DNA of 64,000 nt from IMG/VR virus record IMGVR_UViG_3300032312_001422, positions 96,001-160,000 of that record. One strand, written 5' to 3'. The notes under the pieces are model-generated. The model was not told the origin of the DNA and did no database searches. It was given only the letters and a program-made list of their open reading frames with translations. How positions within the stretch are numbered: the stretch's first letter is position 1; the number at the start of each line of letters is the position of its first letter. The stretch comes from a virus (taxonomy: Duplodnaviria > Caudoviricetes). Positions 10,064-19,364 of the stretch are shown here, piece after piece. The translations under genes and the position numbers were made by a program.

Positions 10064-10584
10064 AGTTTGATGCCTACGGACAATTGGTTATCACAGGCGA
10101 TGAGCTGGTGGATGAACTGTATCGCAATCCCGATCTCCGGATTGAAAATTTTAGTATCACAGATCCTGAGTCGTACAATCATTCAGTACAGAAGTTGCAT
10201 TTAAATTTTCCTTTGTTAAAAAAGTATTTGCCACTGGATTACAGAGAGGAAGTTCCGCAAGAACTTTTTGATCATGTTCAGCAATCCGCATGGCACATGC
10301 CTGCAGAGTATTTGGAACTTGACATAGCCCAACACATTTTAGATTTGTGTAGCACCCAAGAAGAACTGCAACGAGTGGGTCAAGAACTATTGCTGTATCA
10401 AGAACGTGACTTGTTTAACCTGTTGCGTTACTTGAAATACTTTGTTGATACCATGCGTAAGAATGAGGTAGTGTGGGGATTAGGACGTGGATCAAGTGTG
10501 GCCAGTTACATTTTGTATCTATTAGGTGTACACAAAATCAACAGTTTGTATTATGATCTTCCGATCGAAGAATTTTTAAAATAA
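10060..10584 (+). CDS. Stand-alone fragment homologous to DNA polymerase III alpha (DnaE), lacking catalytic aspartates
   Basis: VVWGLGRGSSVASYILYLLGVHKINSLYYDLPIEEFLK aligns with DnaE GPGRGS.AGSLVAY.L.IT..DP...DLLFERFLN and stops before the PDFD motif. Confidence 0.75.
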   Translation: MKFDAYGQLVITGDELVDELYRNPDLRIENFSITDPESYNHSVQKLHLNFPLLKKYLPLDYREEVPQELFDHVQQSAWHMPAEYLELDIAQHILDLCSTQEELQRVGQELLLYQERDLFNLLRYLKYFVDTMRKNEVVWGLGRGSSVASYILYLLGVHKINSLYYDLPIEEFLK

Positions 10585-10595
10585 ACTACGCCGTT

Positions 10596-10603
10596 TATAA
10601 ATA
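10596..10603 (+). promoter_or_regulatory. Full T4 late promoter consensus TATAAATA
   Basis: Exact TATAAATA, then AGGAG and ATG 10624. Confidence 0.7.
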
Positions 10604-10623
10604 GTGAATATAGGAGAAGCACA

Positions 10624-11079
10624 ATGACAAAAGTATACAAAACAGCTCGCGGTAAAACCATTGACATGGACAAGGTCAAACTGGCCAACGAAACAGTCAA
10701 TGCTGTGGGCAATATGAAAGTTAATGCCCGTGGAGACCGACTTGGTGGCGGTGGCAAAGTTGTTGCTGGACGCAATCAAGTGATGGATCAGGTTTATGCT
10801 GTAAATCCTGCGCCTGCTAGACGCACCGGCGGATACAGCCCCAACGATCCGGCGGTGTATGCTCAACAACAATCTTTGGTTGAAAGTAATCGTGCCAAAG
10901 AGTTGCATGATCTGGCAACCAATCTAGTACAACCAACTTCAATTGAACCTGTGGAATCCACAGAACCTGCGGTTCCCGCAGCACGTGGTAGCTTGGCCAG
11001 TAGTGTGGCAAAACCTGCTGTGGTCAAGCAAGAGCCTATGCCAAATCCAAAAACATCAAACGGACCTACAAGAATCTAA
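10624..11079 (+). CDS. Hypothetical protein
   Basis: Late promoter, SD AGGAG, 151-aa ORF. Confidence 0.7.
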   Translation: MTKVYKTARGKTIDMDKVKLANETVNAVGNMKVNARGDRLGGGGKVVAGRNQVMDQVYAVNPAPARRTGGYSPNDPAVYAQQQSLVESNRAKELHDLATNLVQPTSIEPVESTEPAVPAARGSLASSVAKPAVVKQEPMPNPKTSNGPTRI

Positions 11080-11081
11080 TT

Positions 11082-11453
11082 ATGTTTAAACCCATCAAAG
11101 TAACTTCAATCAAAGCATTAAATGATCATGTGTTAGTGGCTGACATGAATTTCAAAGAACGACAGTTGTCCAGCGGAATTTATCTGTTGAACGATGATTC
11201 TCGCACAGCCGGTATTCGACCACGCTGGGCCAGAGTCTATGCCACCGGACCTGAGCAACAGGATATTCAAATTGGGCAATGGATTCTGGTAAGCCACGGT
11301 CGATGGACTCGAGGTGTTACCATTGAAGATGCCGCAGGCGAAGTTACTATTCGTCGTATTGATCCTAACGACATTTTGCTAGTATCAGATTCCGAACCCA
11401 GTGATGACAGTCTAAGTAGTGCTGTATTAAAAGACCATGTGGATCGCTGGTAA
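11082..11453 (+). CDS. groES: GroES-like co-chaperonin (functional analogue of T4 gp31)
   Basis: IKALNDHVLV...SSGIYL...ARVYATGP...IQIGQWILV fits the Cpn10 pattern. Confidence 0.75.
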   Translation: MFKPIKVTSIKALNDHVLVADMNFKERQLSSGIYLLNDDSRTAGIRPRWARVYATGPEQQDIQIGQWILVSHGRWTRGVTIEDAAGEVTIRRIDPNDILLVSDSEPSDDSLSSAVLKDHVDRW

Positions 11454-11465
11454 TACCTAGCTGAC

Positions 11466-11690
11466 ATGGGATTTCGCAAACCAGATATTAACTCGGCATA
11501 CTCTGCCATACGTACCAGTTTGAGTGAAATACGTTCGCCGTACAACGATGGATGGACAAGTAGTTCTTGCAAACACGAACTGTATATGTTAAAATGTTGG
11601 CTAGAAGAAGAATACAGTCAGTTACCAAAATTTGTCGGGGAAGAGCAATGGGAACAGGAAAGAGTAGTAGACATACTCAAAAACAGGTAA
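11466..11690 (+). CDS. Hypothetical protein
   Basis: 74-aa ORF in operon direction. Confidence 0.55.
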   Translation: MGFRKPDINSAYSAIRTSLSEIRSPYNDGWTSSSCKHELYMLKCWLEEEYSQLPKFVGEEQWEQERVVDILKNR

Positions 11691-11857
11691 GTAGCAAACC
11701 ACCACGTTGTAGTTTATGCAAACAACAATACACTCCTGCATGTGATTTTATGCAAGGGCGTTGTCCTCACCATCCAAGTATGGTCAATCAAATTCTATCT
11801 AGCCCATACAAAACACGGTTTTATAATTTAATTAAATTTTTTAAAGGCAATAAATGA
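11648..11857 (+). CDS. Hypothetical small Cys/His protein
   Basis: CSLC...CDFMQGRCPHH; ATGA overlap with clamp loader; start uncertain (ATG 11648 chosen). Confidence 0.45.
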   Translation: MGTGKSSRHTQKQVSSKPPRCSLCKQQYTPACDFMQGRCPHHPSMVNQILSSPYKTRFYNLIKFFKGNK

Positions 11858-12771
11858 AAGAACTCTGGACAGAAAAATATAGACCCAAAACAGTTGGTGA
11901 TTATGTGTTCACTGACGCTAATCAACGTCAACAGGTTGATGCATGGATCAAGGAAGGTGCTATTCCGCATATCTTACTAAGCGGTAGTCCAGGCACAGGT
12001 AAAACCACACTAGCCAAGGTATTGATCAATGAACTCGGAATTGAAGACTACGACACTCTCCACATCAACGCTTCAAGAGATAATGGAGTCGACTTTATTA
12101 AAACCCGAGTGGAAGGTTTTGTTAGTACAATGCCATTTGGTGCGTTCAAAGTGGTCCTTCTTGACGAAGCCGACTATCTGACACACAACGCACAGGCTAT
12201 CATGCGTGGACTTATGGAAACATATCAAGAGTCAGCACGTTTTATCCTCACTTGCAACTTGCCACACAAGATTATTCCAGCATTGCACAGTCGTTGCCAA
12301 GGATTCCACATTGACAAAAGTGATATCACGGAGTTTACTGCTCGTACTGCCACAGTATTGGTTACCGAAGGTGTGGAGTTTGACCTAGATACTTTAGATA
12401 GTTATGTCAAAGCCACATATCCAGACTTACGCAAGTGCCTGAACTTGCTACAAGCTAACTCAACCACTGGCACATTATCAACTCCAGGCGAAAACGATCG
12501 CGGTATCAAAGATTGGAAACTGGATGCCGTTACCTTGTTCAAGGCAGGCAAGATCACAGAAGCACGTAAGAGTATTTGTAGTCAGGCCGCCGGTGAAGAC
12601 ATGGATGAAATTTTCCGTTGGATGTACGACAACCTGGAATTGTGGTCAAAAGATCCAGCCAAACAAGATGAGGCGATATTGGCCATACGCAAAGGCCTGG
12701 TCAATCATACCATGTGTTCAGATCCAGAGATTAATTTAAGTGCCACCCTTATTGAACTTACACAACTATGA
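11854..12771 (+). CDS. Clamp loader AAA+ subunit (RFC small subunit / T4 gp44-like)
   Basis: LWTEKYRPKT, Walker A GSPGTGKTT, INAS, Walker B LLDEADYL, SRC arginine finger. Confidence 0.93.
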   Translation: MKELWTEKYRPKTVGDYVFTDANQRQQVDAWIKEGAIPHILLSGSPGTGKTTLAKVLINELGIEDYDTLHINASRDNGVDFIKTRVEGFVSTMPFGAFKVVLLDEADYLTHNAQAIMRGLMETYQESARFILTCNLPHKIIPALHSRCQGFHIDKSDITEFTARTATVLVTEGVEFDLDTLDSYVKATYPDLRKCLNLLQANSTTGTLSTPGENDRGIKDWKLDAVTLFKAGKITEARKSICSQAAGEDMDEIFRWMYDNLELWSKDPAKQDEAILAIRKGLVNHTMCSDPEINLSATLIELTQL

Positions 12772-13133
12772 AAATTAAAGACCTACACCTAGTGGCATTT
12801 TATGTACAGAAACCTCGTCCAGGAGTGCAAACACAGATTGCTGGATGGAACAAGAATCCTGACAATTATCAATACGACGAACGCATTGAATTTACCAAAG
12901 GCCTGACCAGCAAAGATAGTCAGTACGCAGGCATAGTACTAAATCTCAGTAAAAAAACTGTAGTGCAAAACAGATACAACGCTGAACAGCGAGACTTTGA
13001 TGGTTTGTTCAAGTATTTCTTAGAAGCCTATCCCAAGTATGTGATCAATGTAATGGCACAGTTGGATATGCCTTACTTGGAACAATTTATCCCCAAAGAA
13101 GAAACCAAAGATGAAGAAGTACCGGCTCAGTGA
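12768..13133 (+). CDS. Hypothetical protein
   Basis: ATGA-coupled to clamp loader, 121 aa. Confidence 0.65.
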   Translation: MKIKDLHLVAFYVQKPRPGVQTQIAGWNKNPDNYQYDERIEFTKGLTSKDSQYAGIVLNLSKKTVVQNRYNAEQRDFDGLFKYFLEAYPKYVINVMAQLDMPYLEQFIPKEETKDEEVPAQ

Positions 13134-13434
13134 CAGCGGTGACCGTGGCTGGTTTGTAGGAGATTTCCCCAAGGCCGTAATACGCACAAAAGAATTTGAA
13201 GTATGTTGGCAAGGCAATCCGGCCGGTGCAGTAGATACTCCGCACTATCACAAAGTGATCACAGAGTTACAATTGATCACAAAAGGTCGCATGATAATCA
13301 ACGGAGAAGAATTTGGACCCGGGGATATCTATGTCAGTGAACCAGGCGAACATTACCACGCACACTATCTTGAAGATACTGAAGTTGTAGCGATAAAATT
13401 ACCTTCTTTACCCGCAGATAAATATTACATATGA
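13111..13434 (+). CDS. Cupin-fold protein
   Basis: DRGWFVGDF, HYHKVITE...KGRM.INGEEFGPGDIYVSEPGEHY cupin motifs. Confidence 0.7.
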   Translation: MKKYRLSDSGDRGWFVGDFPKAVIRTKEFEVCWQGNPAGAVDTPHYHKVITELQLITKGRMIINGEEFGPGDIYVSEPGEHYHAHYLEDTEVVAIKLPSLPADKYYI

Positions 13435-13673
13435 GCTTACTTGATATGTACAAGGTCAAAAAGAAACGGGCTGTGGATCCCAATGCTCCGCCACGTCCCA
13501 ATTTGCTTAACCACGAAAAACGTCTCAAAGAAGCCACTGTTACAGTAGAACAATTACAGCAACAGAATCATGAGCTACGAGGTCGATTAGACCGTTTAGA
13601 ATCAAAATTGACCAATCAAACTGCTTACCTTAACAGTTTACATCAATACGTGGCTAGATTTAAAAAAGGTTAA
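13431..13673 (+). CDS. Hypothetical coiled-coil protein
   Basis: 80-aa ORF with heptad pattern; convergent TTAA stop overlap with next gene. Confidence 0.6.
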   Translation: MSLLDMYKVKKKRAVDPNAPPRPNLLNHEKRLKEATVTVEQLQQQNHELRGRLDRLESKLTNQTAYLNSLHQYVARFKKG

Positions 13674-14566
13674 TATCCGCCTAGGGTTGGATTTGTGGTG
13701 TATTGTAGTGCCCAATCCAATTGCATAGCAAACTTTTCGTTAGACCCAGCTTGAAAATGATCAACAAATTCTCTGGGATCAGGGAATGTATCTGTTATCA
13801 TCCACTGATTGTTATATCCCATTTCGTTATGTAAATTGTTAACTAAGTCTTTGAGATTAGCAACAGTCCACGAGTTGAGTTCTTTTTCATTTCTAATTAG
13901 ATAAGTTCGTTTATCAAGATGTAAAAAATCAGTTACGTGGTATTTGCCTGGGTGAGAGCGCCAAGGCAATATGATAGCAGGTATTTTTAATGCGTGAGCC
14001 AAATGACATACACCGCCTTCGTATCCTATAACAAAATCACATAGTTCATTTAATATAAAAACTTTATGTTCGGCTGAAATATCTCTACTGTCAATGATTA
14101 TAGGATCATATCCAGCTGACTGTACTAAATCTAAGATAGTATTGTAAGTTTCTTTGGTATGAAACTTTATAAATGGATACGGATCATCTCTACCTTGTAT
14201 GTTGTTAAAGAATTTGTCGTCCTTGATATAGTTACCATCATTGATTAATATTGCCGCAGATCGTTTACCCCGACGACCAACAGGCAAAGTTTGCCCAAAC
14301 GCTGTTATATACTCAAATTGATCATATCTGCTGAATATTTTAAAACTTTCTAAATGTTTTGGGTGCGGAGGATTTGGCCACATGGTAGAACCTGCAACAG
14401 GCTCAAGTTGAATTTGGTTGCCTATGTTAAAAATACGCTTCCAGGTCGTGTACCACGAATCTATACTTGTGGTTATATGAATTGGTTGGTTTAGGCTGTT
14501 AAACAAACACATGGCTATAAGCGTGTCACCCATGGCATGCCCACCGTGCAAATATAATCGAATCAT
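13670..14566 (-). CDS. GT-B glycosyltransferase, family 9 (heptosyltransferase)-like
   Basis: GGHAMGDTLI and CDFVIGYEGGVCHLAHALKIPAIIL resemble the GT9 GD and D/E-SG..HLA.AL..P motifs; start moved to ATG 14566. Confidence 0.6.
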   Translation of the reverse strand: MIRLYLHGGHAMGDTLIAMCLFNSLNQPIHITTSIDSWYTTWKRIFNIGNQIQLEPVAGSTMWPNPPHPKHLESFKIFSRYDQFEYITAFGQTLPVGRRGKRSAAILINDGNYIKDDKFFNNIQGRDDPYPFIKFHTKETYNTILDLVQSAGYDPIIIDSRDISAEHKVFILNELCDFVIGYEGGVCHLAHALKIPAIILPWRSHPGKYHVTDFLHLDKRTYLIRNEKELNSWTVANLKDLVNNLHNEMGYNNQWMITDTFPDPREFVDHFQAGSNEKFAMQLDWALQYTTNPTLGGY

Positions 14567-14592
14567 GCTGTTATTTACATGACTGTAGGTAG

Positions 14593-14621
14593 TTGACAAA
14601 TAAATCCATTTATGCTATAAT
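14593..14621 (+). promoter_or_regulatory. Consensus sigma70 promoter TTGACA-N17-TATAAT with extended -10 TG
   Basis: Exact consensus hexamers; TG at 14613-14614. Confidence 0.8.
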
Positions 14622-14653
14622 TACAGTATGAAAATGGATAATAAGCGACCCAA

Positions 14654-15319
14654 ATGAAGCAAAAATTCCCCACTTTAGAAACATTGGCCACTGCCATAGC
14701 CGCATTTACACACAATCAAGATCGTGTTGAACGTGATGCAATCACTACAGACGACGGTCGTACTATTGCCCCCAATCGTCAACTGATACGTGAGTATCTT
14801 GAAGGCAACCGTGCCAACTTACCGACAGTATCAGATCATGATCGAAAGCATGCTGAAGGCATTGTGCAATATCTACAACAGACCGGCATCATGCAGACCT
14901 TGTCCAGTCGTGACGATAAGTTTTTAGGACAAATAAACAATCTGCTGTCACAGCCATCCGTAACTGCCAAAGACTTTGGTTTGATGGCCTGGGCACCAAA
15001 ATTGGCCAGCGACTATCAAAAGAAAGATAACATTCGTGAAGTTAGTGCTCGTTTTGAATATGCCAGCCGTTACATCGGACAAGTAGGCGATAAAATTATC
15101 ACAGAGTTTACCCTGATTGACAGTAGATATATTAAGACCATGGACTGTTATGCTGTGTACGGACATGATGCACAAGGCAATTTAATATTTTATTGGGCTA
15201 GAGAACAAAAGAAAATAGTGCAGGCAGGACAAATACAAGGGCGTGTTAAAACGCACAAACGAGATGGATATCGTAGCAATGCCTGTGTTACAACATTAAA
15301 TTATGTAAAGGTCGTATGA
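14654..15319 (+). CDS. Hypothetical protein with possible C-terminal OB-like fold
   Basis: 221-aa ORF downstream of a strong promoter. Confidence 0.7.
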   Translation: MKQKFPTLETLATAIAAFTHNQDRVERDAITTDDGRTIAPNRQLIREYLEGNRANLPTVSDHDRKHAEGIVQYLQQTGIMQTLSSRDDKFLGQINNLLSQPSVTAKDFGLMAWAPKLASDYQKKDNIREVSARFEYASRYIGQVGDKIITEFTLIDSRYIKTMDCYAVYGHDAQGNLIFYWAREQKKIVQAGQIQGRVKTHKRDGYRSNACVTTLNYVKVV

Positions 15320-15909
15320 AAGAAAGTGTAATATTAGTTGATGCTGACGGTGTACTCCTTAACTGGGAATATGCGTTTGAAATTTGGATGGAACAACACG
15401 GCTTTGAAAAAATTGCCGGTGGTGACTTAGATTACGATATTGGCAAGCGTTATGGTATCAGTCGAGAGCAAACTGTGCGTCTAATCAAAATGTTTAACGA
15501 AAGTGCTGCTATCGGATTTTTGCCGCCCTTACGAGACGCCATGTACTATGTAGAAAAACTACACAAAGAACATGGATATGTGTTTCATTGTATTACCAGT
15601 GTCAGTACTGAGCCCAATGCTGTCAAACTTAGAGAAATGAACCTGCGTAAATTATTTGGTAAAACAGCTTTTCAGAAGATTGTGTGTCTGGATACTGGGG
15701 CCGATAAAGATAACGCACTATATCCGTACAGAGATACAGGATGCTGGTGGATTGAAGACAAAATTCAAAATGCCGAACTAGGTGCCAATCTCGGTCTTAA
15801 TAGTTTACTAATGGAACATGGTCATAATATGCATCACTATCATGACCATGTGCGTACAGTTAAAAACTGGGAAGAAGTTTACCGTATTGTAACTCAAACC
15901 TCCCTGTAA
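15316..15909 (+). CDS. HAD-superfamily phosphatase (5'-nucleotidase-like)
   Basis: Motif I LVDADGVLL, motif II CITS, motif IV WIEDK..NA. Confidence 0.8.
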   Translation: MKESVILVDADGVLLNWEYAFEIWMEQHGFEKIAGGDLDYDIGKRYGISREQTVRLIKMFNESAAIGFLPPLRDAMYYVEKLHKEHGYVFHCITSVSTEPNAVKLREMNLRKLFGKTAFQKIVCLDTGADKDNALYPYRDTGCWWIEDKIQNAELGANLGLNSLLMEHGHNMHHYHDHVRTVKNWEEVYRIVTQTSL

Positions 15910-16655
15910 ATTTTAAGTATTTCAAGAACAGCCGGGTGGCGTTGTATGTCTCGGTGATCAAACTCTATGCCAGAGACGTATTTACAACTGCGGTAGTCAT
16001 CTACTAACCGTTGGAAATTGAGAAGACCGTTATCGTCTTCCCGGCGATCCGCTTGTCGAGTGTCACCAGTTACAATCATTTTACTACCTTCGCCTAATCG
16101 TGTGAGTAACATTTTCATCTGACTTGGTGTCGCGTTTTGCATTTCGTCTGCAATAATCCACGAGTTTTTAAATGTTCTACCTCTCATGTATGCCAGTGGA
16201 GAAATCTCTATTTGGTTGTCATCTAGCATACGTGCAATTTCACTTTGGCGATAGTACTCGCCAATGATGTCAAATATGGGGCGGGTCCAAGGAGCCATTT
16301 TTTCATTTAGATCCCCGGGTAAAAATCCATGTTCTTCATCGTCGACCCCAACTGCGGGTCTAGTTACCACAATACGGTCTACTTCACCGGATCTGAATGC
16401 TTTTAGAGCAGCCAGTACGGCCAGCATGGTTTTACCCGTGCCAGCTGGTCCTGTAGCAAATACTATGAGCTTTTCAGGATCGGTTAATAAATCAATGTAT
16501 TTTTCTTGTATTAAACTTTTTGGGACTAACGTAATAGGACGATGTTGTTGTTTTTGGTACAAGTCCATTCTTACGGTGTTGTTGCCTTTGAAACTGCTGG
16601 TGTTGTGGTCATTTACTACTAGAGCCTCTGCTCTGCGTTGTTGCCTTTTGGACAA
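15894..16655 (-). CDS. phoH: PhoH family ATPase
   Basis: GPAGTGKT, RPAV, GFLPGDL.EKM.PW, LAYMRGRTF, IADEMQN, KMLLTRLG, GDTRQ.D; AAGGAGG SD on minus strand. Confidence 0.95.
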   Translation of the reverse strand: MSKRQQRRAEALVVNDHNTSSFKGNNTVRMDLYQKQQHRPITLVPKSLIQEKYIDLLTDPEKLIVFATGPAGTGKTMLAVLAALKAFRSGEVDRIVVTRPAVGVDDEEHGFLPGDLNEKMAPWTRPIFDIIGEYYRQSEIARMLDDNQIEISPLAYMRGRTFKNSWIIADEMQNATPSQMKMLLTRLGEGSKMIVTGDTRQADRREDDNGLLNFQRLVDDYRSCKYVSGIEFDHRDIQRHPAVLEILKIYREV

Positions 16656-16826
16656 AGTTGCCTCCTTGAAGTGGTAGTGTCGTGCTGTCTACAAAGATAT
16701 TTAGGTGTGTACGCACAAAAGTTTAAACTGTATGTTTTTGAGCTGTAAAAATAGATAAGTATTAGACGACGCATTTTTCTGGTGCCGTTTTAACTTCCTT
16801 GCTGTTTTTTTACATAAGTAAACACA

Positions 16827-18089
16827 ATGCACAATCTCGTTGGTATTGATCAAAACCCCAAACTTGGCTTTTATCGAGTAGGCTCAGATACATTTTATTC
16901 TAAGCCGCAGGCTTACGCACGAGCTCACGAACTAGGAGTTAAAACAAGCTGGCATTTTAACACAGTAGAATTTGCCAAACAAGATTGGACACGCGAGCCT
17001 GAAACTAATTTGAGAGAAATTTATCGCTTGCGGGCCGAACAAATTAGACAAAAATATGATTATGTTAGATTAGATCTGTCTGGTGGCAGTGACTCGGCTA
17101 CGGTTTTATATGCTTTTGTGCTAAACAATATTCCGTTAGATGAAGTAGTATTTCGTTACCCCAAATCAGGCGAAAAGGGAGTGTGCAGTGATCCGCACGA
17201 CTATCGTCCTGAAAATACTCTAAGTGAATATGAATTTGCTGCTAAACCATTATTAAAATGGATAGCTACAAATTATCCAAAAATAAAAATAACTATGTTT
17301 GACTATAGTGAAAGTATGCTGGAGGAAACACTACAAGATGAGTCTTGGATATTTTCTACTAGAGATTGGTTTCAGCCCGGGCATTCAGCAAAGCACAATA
17401 TTTTTGCTGCAGAAGGACACAGAGCACAAGCCGACTCGGGTAAAAATATCTGCATATTACACGGAGTAGATAAACCCAAGGTAGTCACAATCAACAACAA
17501 CTGGTATACATATTTTGTAGATGTGTTTGCTAATCAGCCAAGTCCTATCATGGAGGATTATACCAATATCACTCATGAGTTATTTTTCTGGACTCCAGAT
17601 ATGCCCGAGTTATTAATCAAACAAAGCCATATGATCAAAGCCTGGTTTGACATGCCCGGGCATGATAGTTTTAGACACTTGGTAAAGTATCCGCAATGGA
17701 ATCCAAATCGTCGTACTGCATACGAAAGCATAGTAAAATCTATCATATATCCAGATTTTGACCCGCTGACTTGGCAAACCAGCAAAGCTACCAATAGTTT
17801 TTATAATGAAATGGACCATTGGTTTTATACCAATTACAAAGATACAACCATGCACCAAACTTGGTTGGCCGGACTTGAATACTTGACGGAACAAGTTGGA
17901 TTAGATCAAATGATGCATAAAAATGGAATGCCTGTGGGACTCAAATGGAATAAAAGTTTATTTTATCACTTGGGACCAAGTATTTCTCAAGCTCATAAAC
18001 CTGCATTTGTTAATCAAGGGCACATGACAAACTCATCAGAAGAAATTACTCTCTGGCAAGACAGAAAAATTCAACACATTGTAATATAA
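16827..18089 (+). CDS. PP-loop (adenine nucleotide alpha-hydrolase-like) protein, function unknown
   Basis: LDLSGGSDSATV PP-loop motif; LHGVDKP. Confidence 0.55.
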   Translation: MHNLVGIDQNPKLGFYRVGSDTFYSKPQAYARAHELGVKTSWHFNTVEFAKQDWTREPETNLREIYRLRAEQIRQKYDYVRLDLSGGSDSATVLYAFVLNNIPLDEVVFRYPKSGEKGVCSDPHDYRPENTLSEYEFAAKPLLKWIATNYPKIKITMFDYSESMLEETLQDESWIFSTRDWFQPGHSAKHNIFAAEGHRAQADSGKNICILHGVDKPKVVTINNNWYTYFVDVFANQPSPIMEDYTNITHELFFWTPDMPELLIKQSHMIKAWFDMPGHDSFRHLVKYPQWNPNRRTAYESIVKSIIYPDFDPLTWQTSKATNSFYNEMDHWFYTNYKDTTMHQTWLAGLEYLTEQVGLDQMMHKNGMPVGLKWNKSLFYHLGPSISQAHKPAFVNQGHMTNSSEEITLWQDRKIQHIVI

Positions 18090-18154
18090 TATACCCAGAT
18101 AACGAGTATACTGTATTATGGTTCAACCTCATAGTTTCGATAAATAATTAAACT

Positions 18155-18679
18155 ATGCCAGCAAATATTAGAGAACTACTAGACAACACCAAAGAAATTT
18201 TTGTAACAGATTCTGCTGTTAGCACTCTGCTTGACTTTGAACGAGTGCTTGATGAGTTGGATCTGTATGCTTTTGCCAATTGGAAACAGGGTGAATTGGT
18301 AGAAGGTCCTACCTATCAAAAATACTTTGTGACCTGCACATTTATGTGGCCCTACAAAAAAATGCCTGACCCCAAAGGCGCTGCACGACTAGCCGAATAC
18401 GAATGTGACGTAAGTTACAAAAAAGATTTTTTTGAGCACCCAGACAAGGTCAAAACTCCCAACGATTTTAAACCTGGTACACGAGTGCCCAAAATGAAAC
18501 GCAGCCCTATATGGCTGGTTGAAATTGTCATGCCCAAAAAGCTCATGAGCGATATACAACAAGGCGCCCTGGAACTAGAATCGGGCACAATCGACATGGA
18601 AGACATTGATGCGGCATACGAAACTGGTGCCGACAACGATACCGTAGATCAACAGGATAAGATCAATGATCAACAATAA
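18155..18679 (+). CDS. Hypothetical protein
   Basis: TAAATA at 18141-18146 directly upstream; 174 aa. Confidence 0.75.
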   Translation: MPANIRELLDNTKEIFVTDSAVSTLLDFERVLDELDLYAFANWKQGELVEGPTYQKYFVTCTFMWPYKKMPDPKGAARLAEYECDVSYKKDFFEHPDKVKTPNDFKPGTRVPKMKRSPIWLVEIVMPKKLMSDIQQGALELESGTIDMEDIDAAYETGADNDTVDQQDKINDQQ

Positions 18680-19220
18680 CTTATTTGAAGGTCTAGAAGC
18701 CAACGATCTGGCTCGACTAATTCACCCTGAACTGCACGTAGACGAATTCAAAAGCAAACTTGGCGACGATGCTGACATTGTTGTATTGAGTTTTAAAGTT
18801 GACTCAAAAGAGCCAGCCAATGATCTAGTAGCCTTTATTGAAAAAGGATACGATTGGGTAGTTGATGCTGATGTCAGCTCAGGCGAAATGGACGACGGCA
18901 GTTACATTGTGTTTGTTGAAATGGATCGCAATGAGCAACTGGCTGACAATGTCATGGCCCTGATGGACGACTTAATGAACTTGACTGACCAAGAGACAGA
19001 CGAATGGCGTGTACGCTATTACAAGAGTCATAAAGAAACACAACTGAGTTTAGAATCACTACAAAACTTGATTCCCAGCACACCTGAAAAATACGAATCA
19101 CTATACGGTCAAGAAATAATTGATCAATTGAAAACAGCCGCTGGTCTCAATGTTGATACCCGTGCGCCAAAGAATGATTTCACAGAAAGTCTGAGAAATT
19201 TAGCCGGCATCATTAGATAA
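18666..19220 (+). CDS. Hypothetical acidic protein
   Basis: Overlaps previous gene; 184 aa. Confidence 0.75.
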   Translation: MINNNLFEGLEANDLARLIHPELHVDEFKSKLGDDADIVVLSFKVDSKEPANDLVAFIEKGYDWVVDADVSSGEMDDGSYIVFVEMDRNEQLADNVMALMDDLMNLTDQETDEWRVRYYKSHKETQLSLESLQNLIPSTPEKYESLYGQEIIDQLKTAAGLNVDTRAPKNDFTESLRNLAGIIR

Positions 19221-19234
19221 CAAGGAGAACAAAC

Positions 19235-19351
19235 ATGTTAGATACATTATTATGGATAGCAGTAGGAGCATTTGTAGGTTGGAATTTTCCACAGCCTTTC
19301 TGGGCCAAAGCAATTCAAGCCAAAATGTTAGGAATGTTCAGCAAAAAATAA
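19235..19351 (+). CDS. Small membrane protein (38 aa), not in ORF track; possible lysis regulator
   Basis: AAGGAG at 19222-19227; MLDTLLWIAVGAFVGWNFPQPFWAKAIQAKMLGMFSKK; directly before the endolysin. Confidence 0.65.
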   Translation: MLDTLLWIAVGAFVGWNFPQPFWAKAIQAKMLGMFSKK

Positions 19352-19364
19352 AAGGTTATAAACT

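Noticed and set aside
10584-11079. Frameshifted continuation of DnaE
   Set aside because: No PDFD/PDID motif follows in the visible frames; a late promoter, SD and unrelated ORF come next.
16690-16800. Structured RNA in the phoH divergent intergenic region
   Set aside because: Only a marginal GTGTG/CGCAC hairpin; the region is explained by divergent TAAATA/TAAGTA motifs and AT-rich spacer.
16827-18089. PP-loop protein as QueC
   Set aside because: Shares only SGGxDS; about twice QueC length, no C-terminal Cys zinc motif, 26 kb from the que genes.
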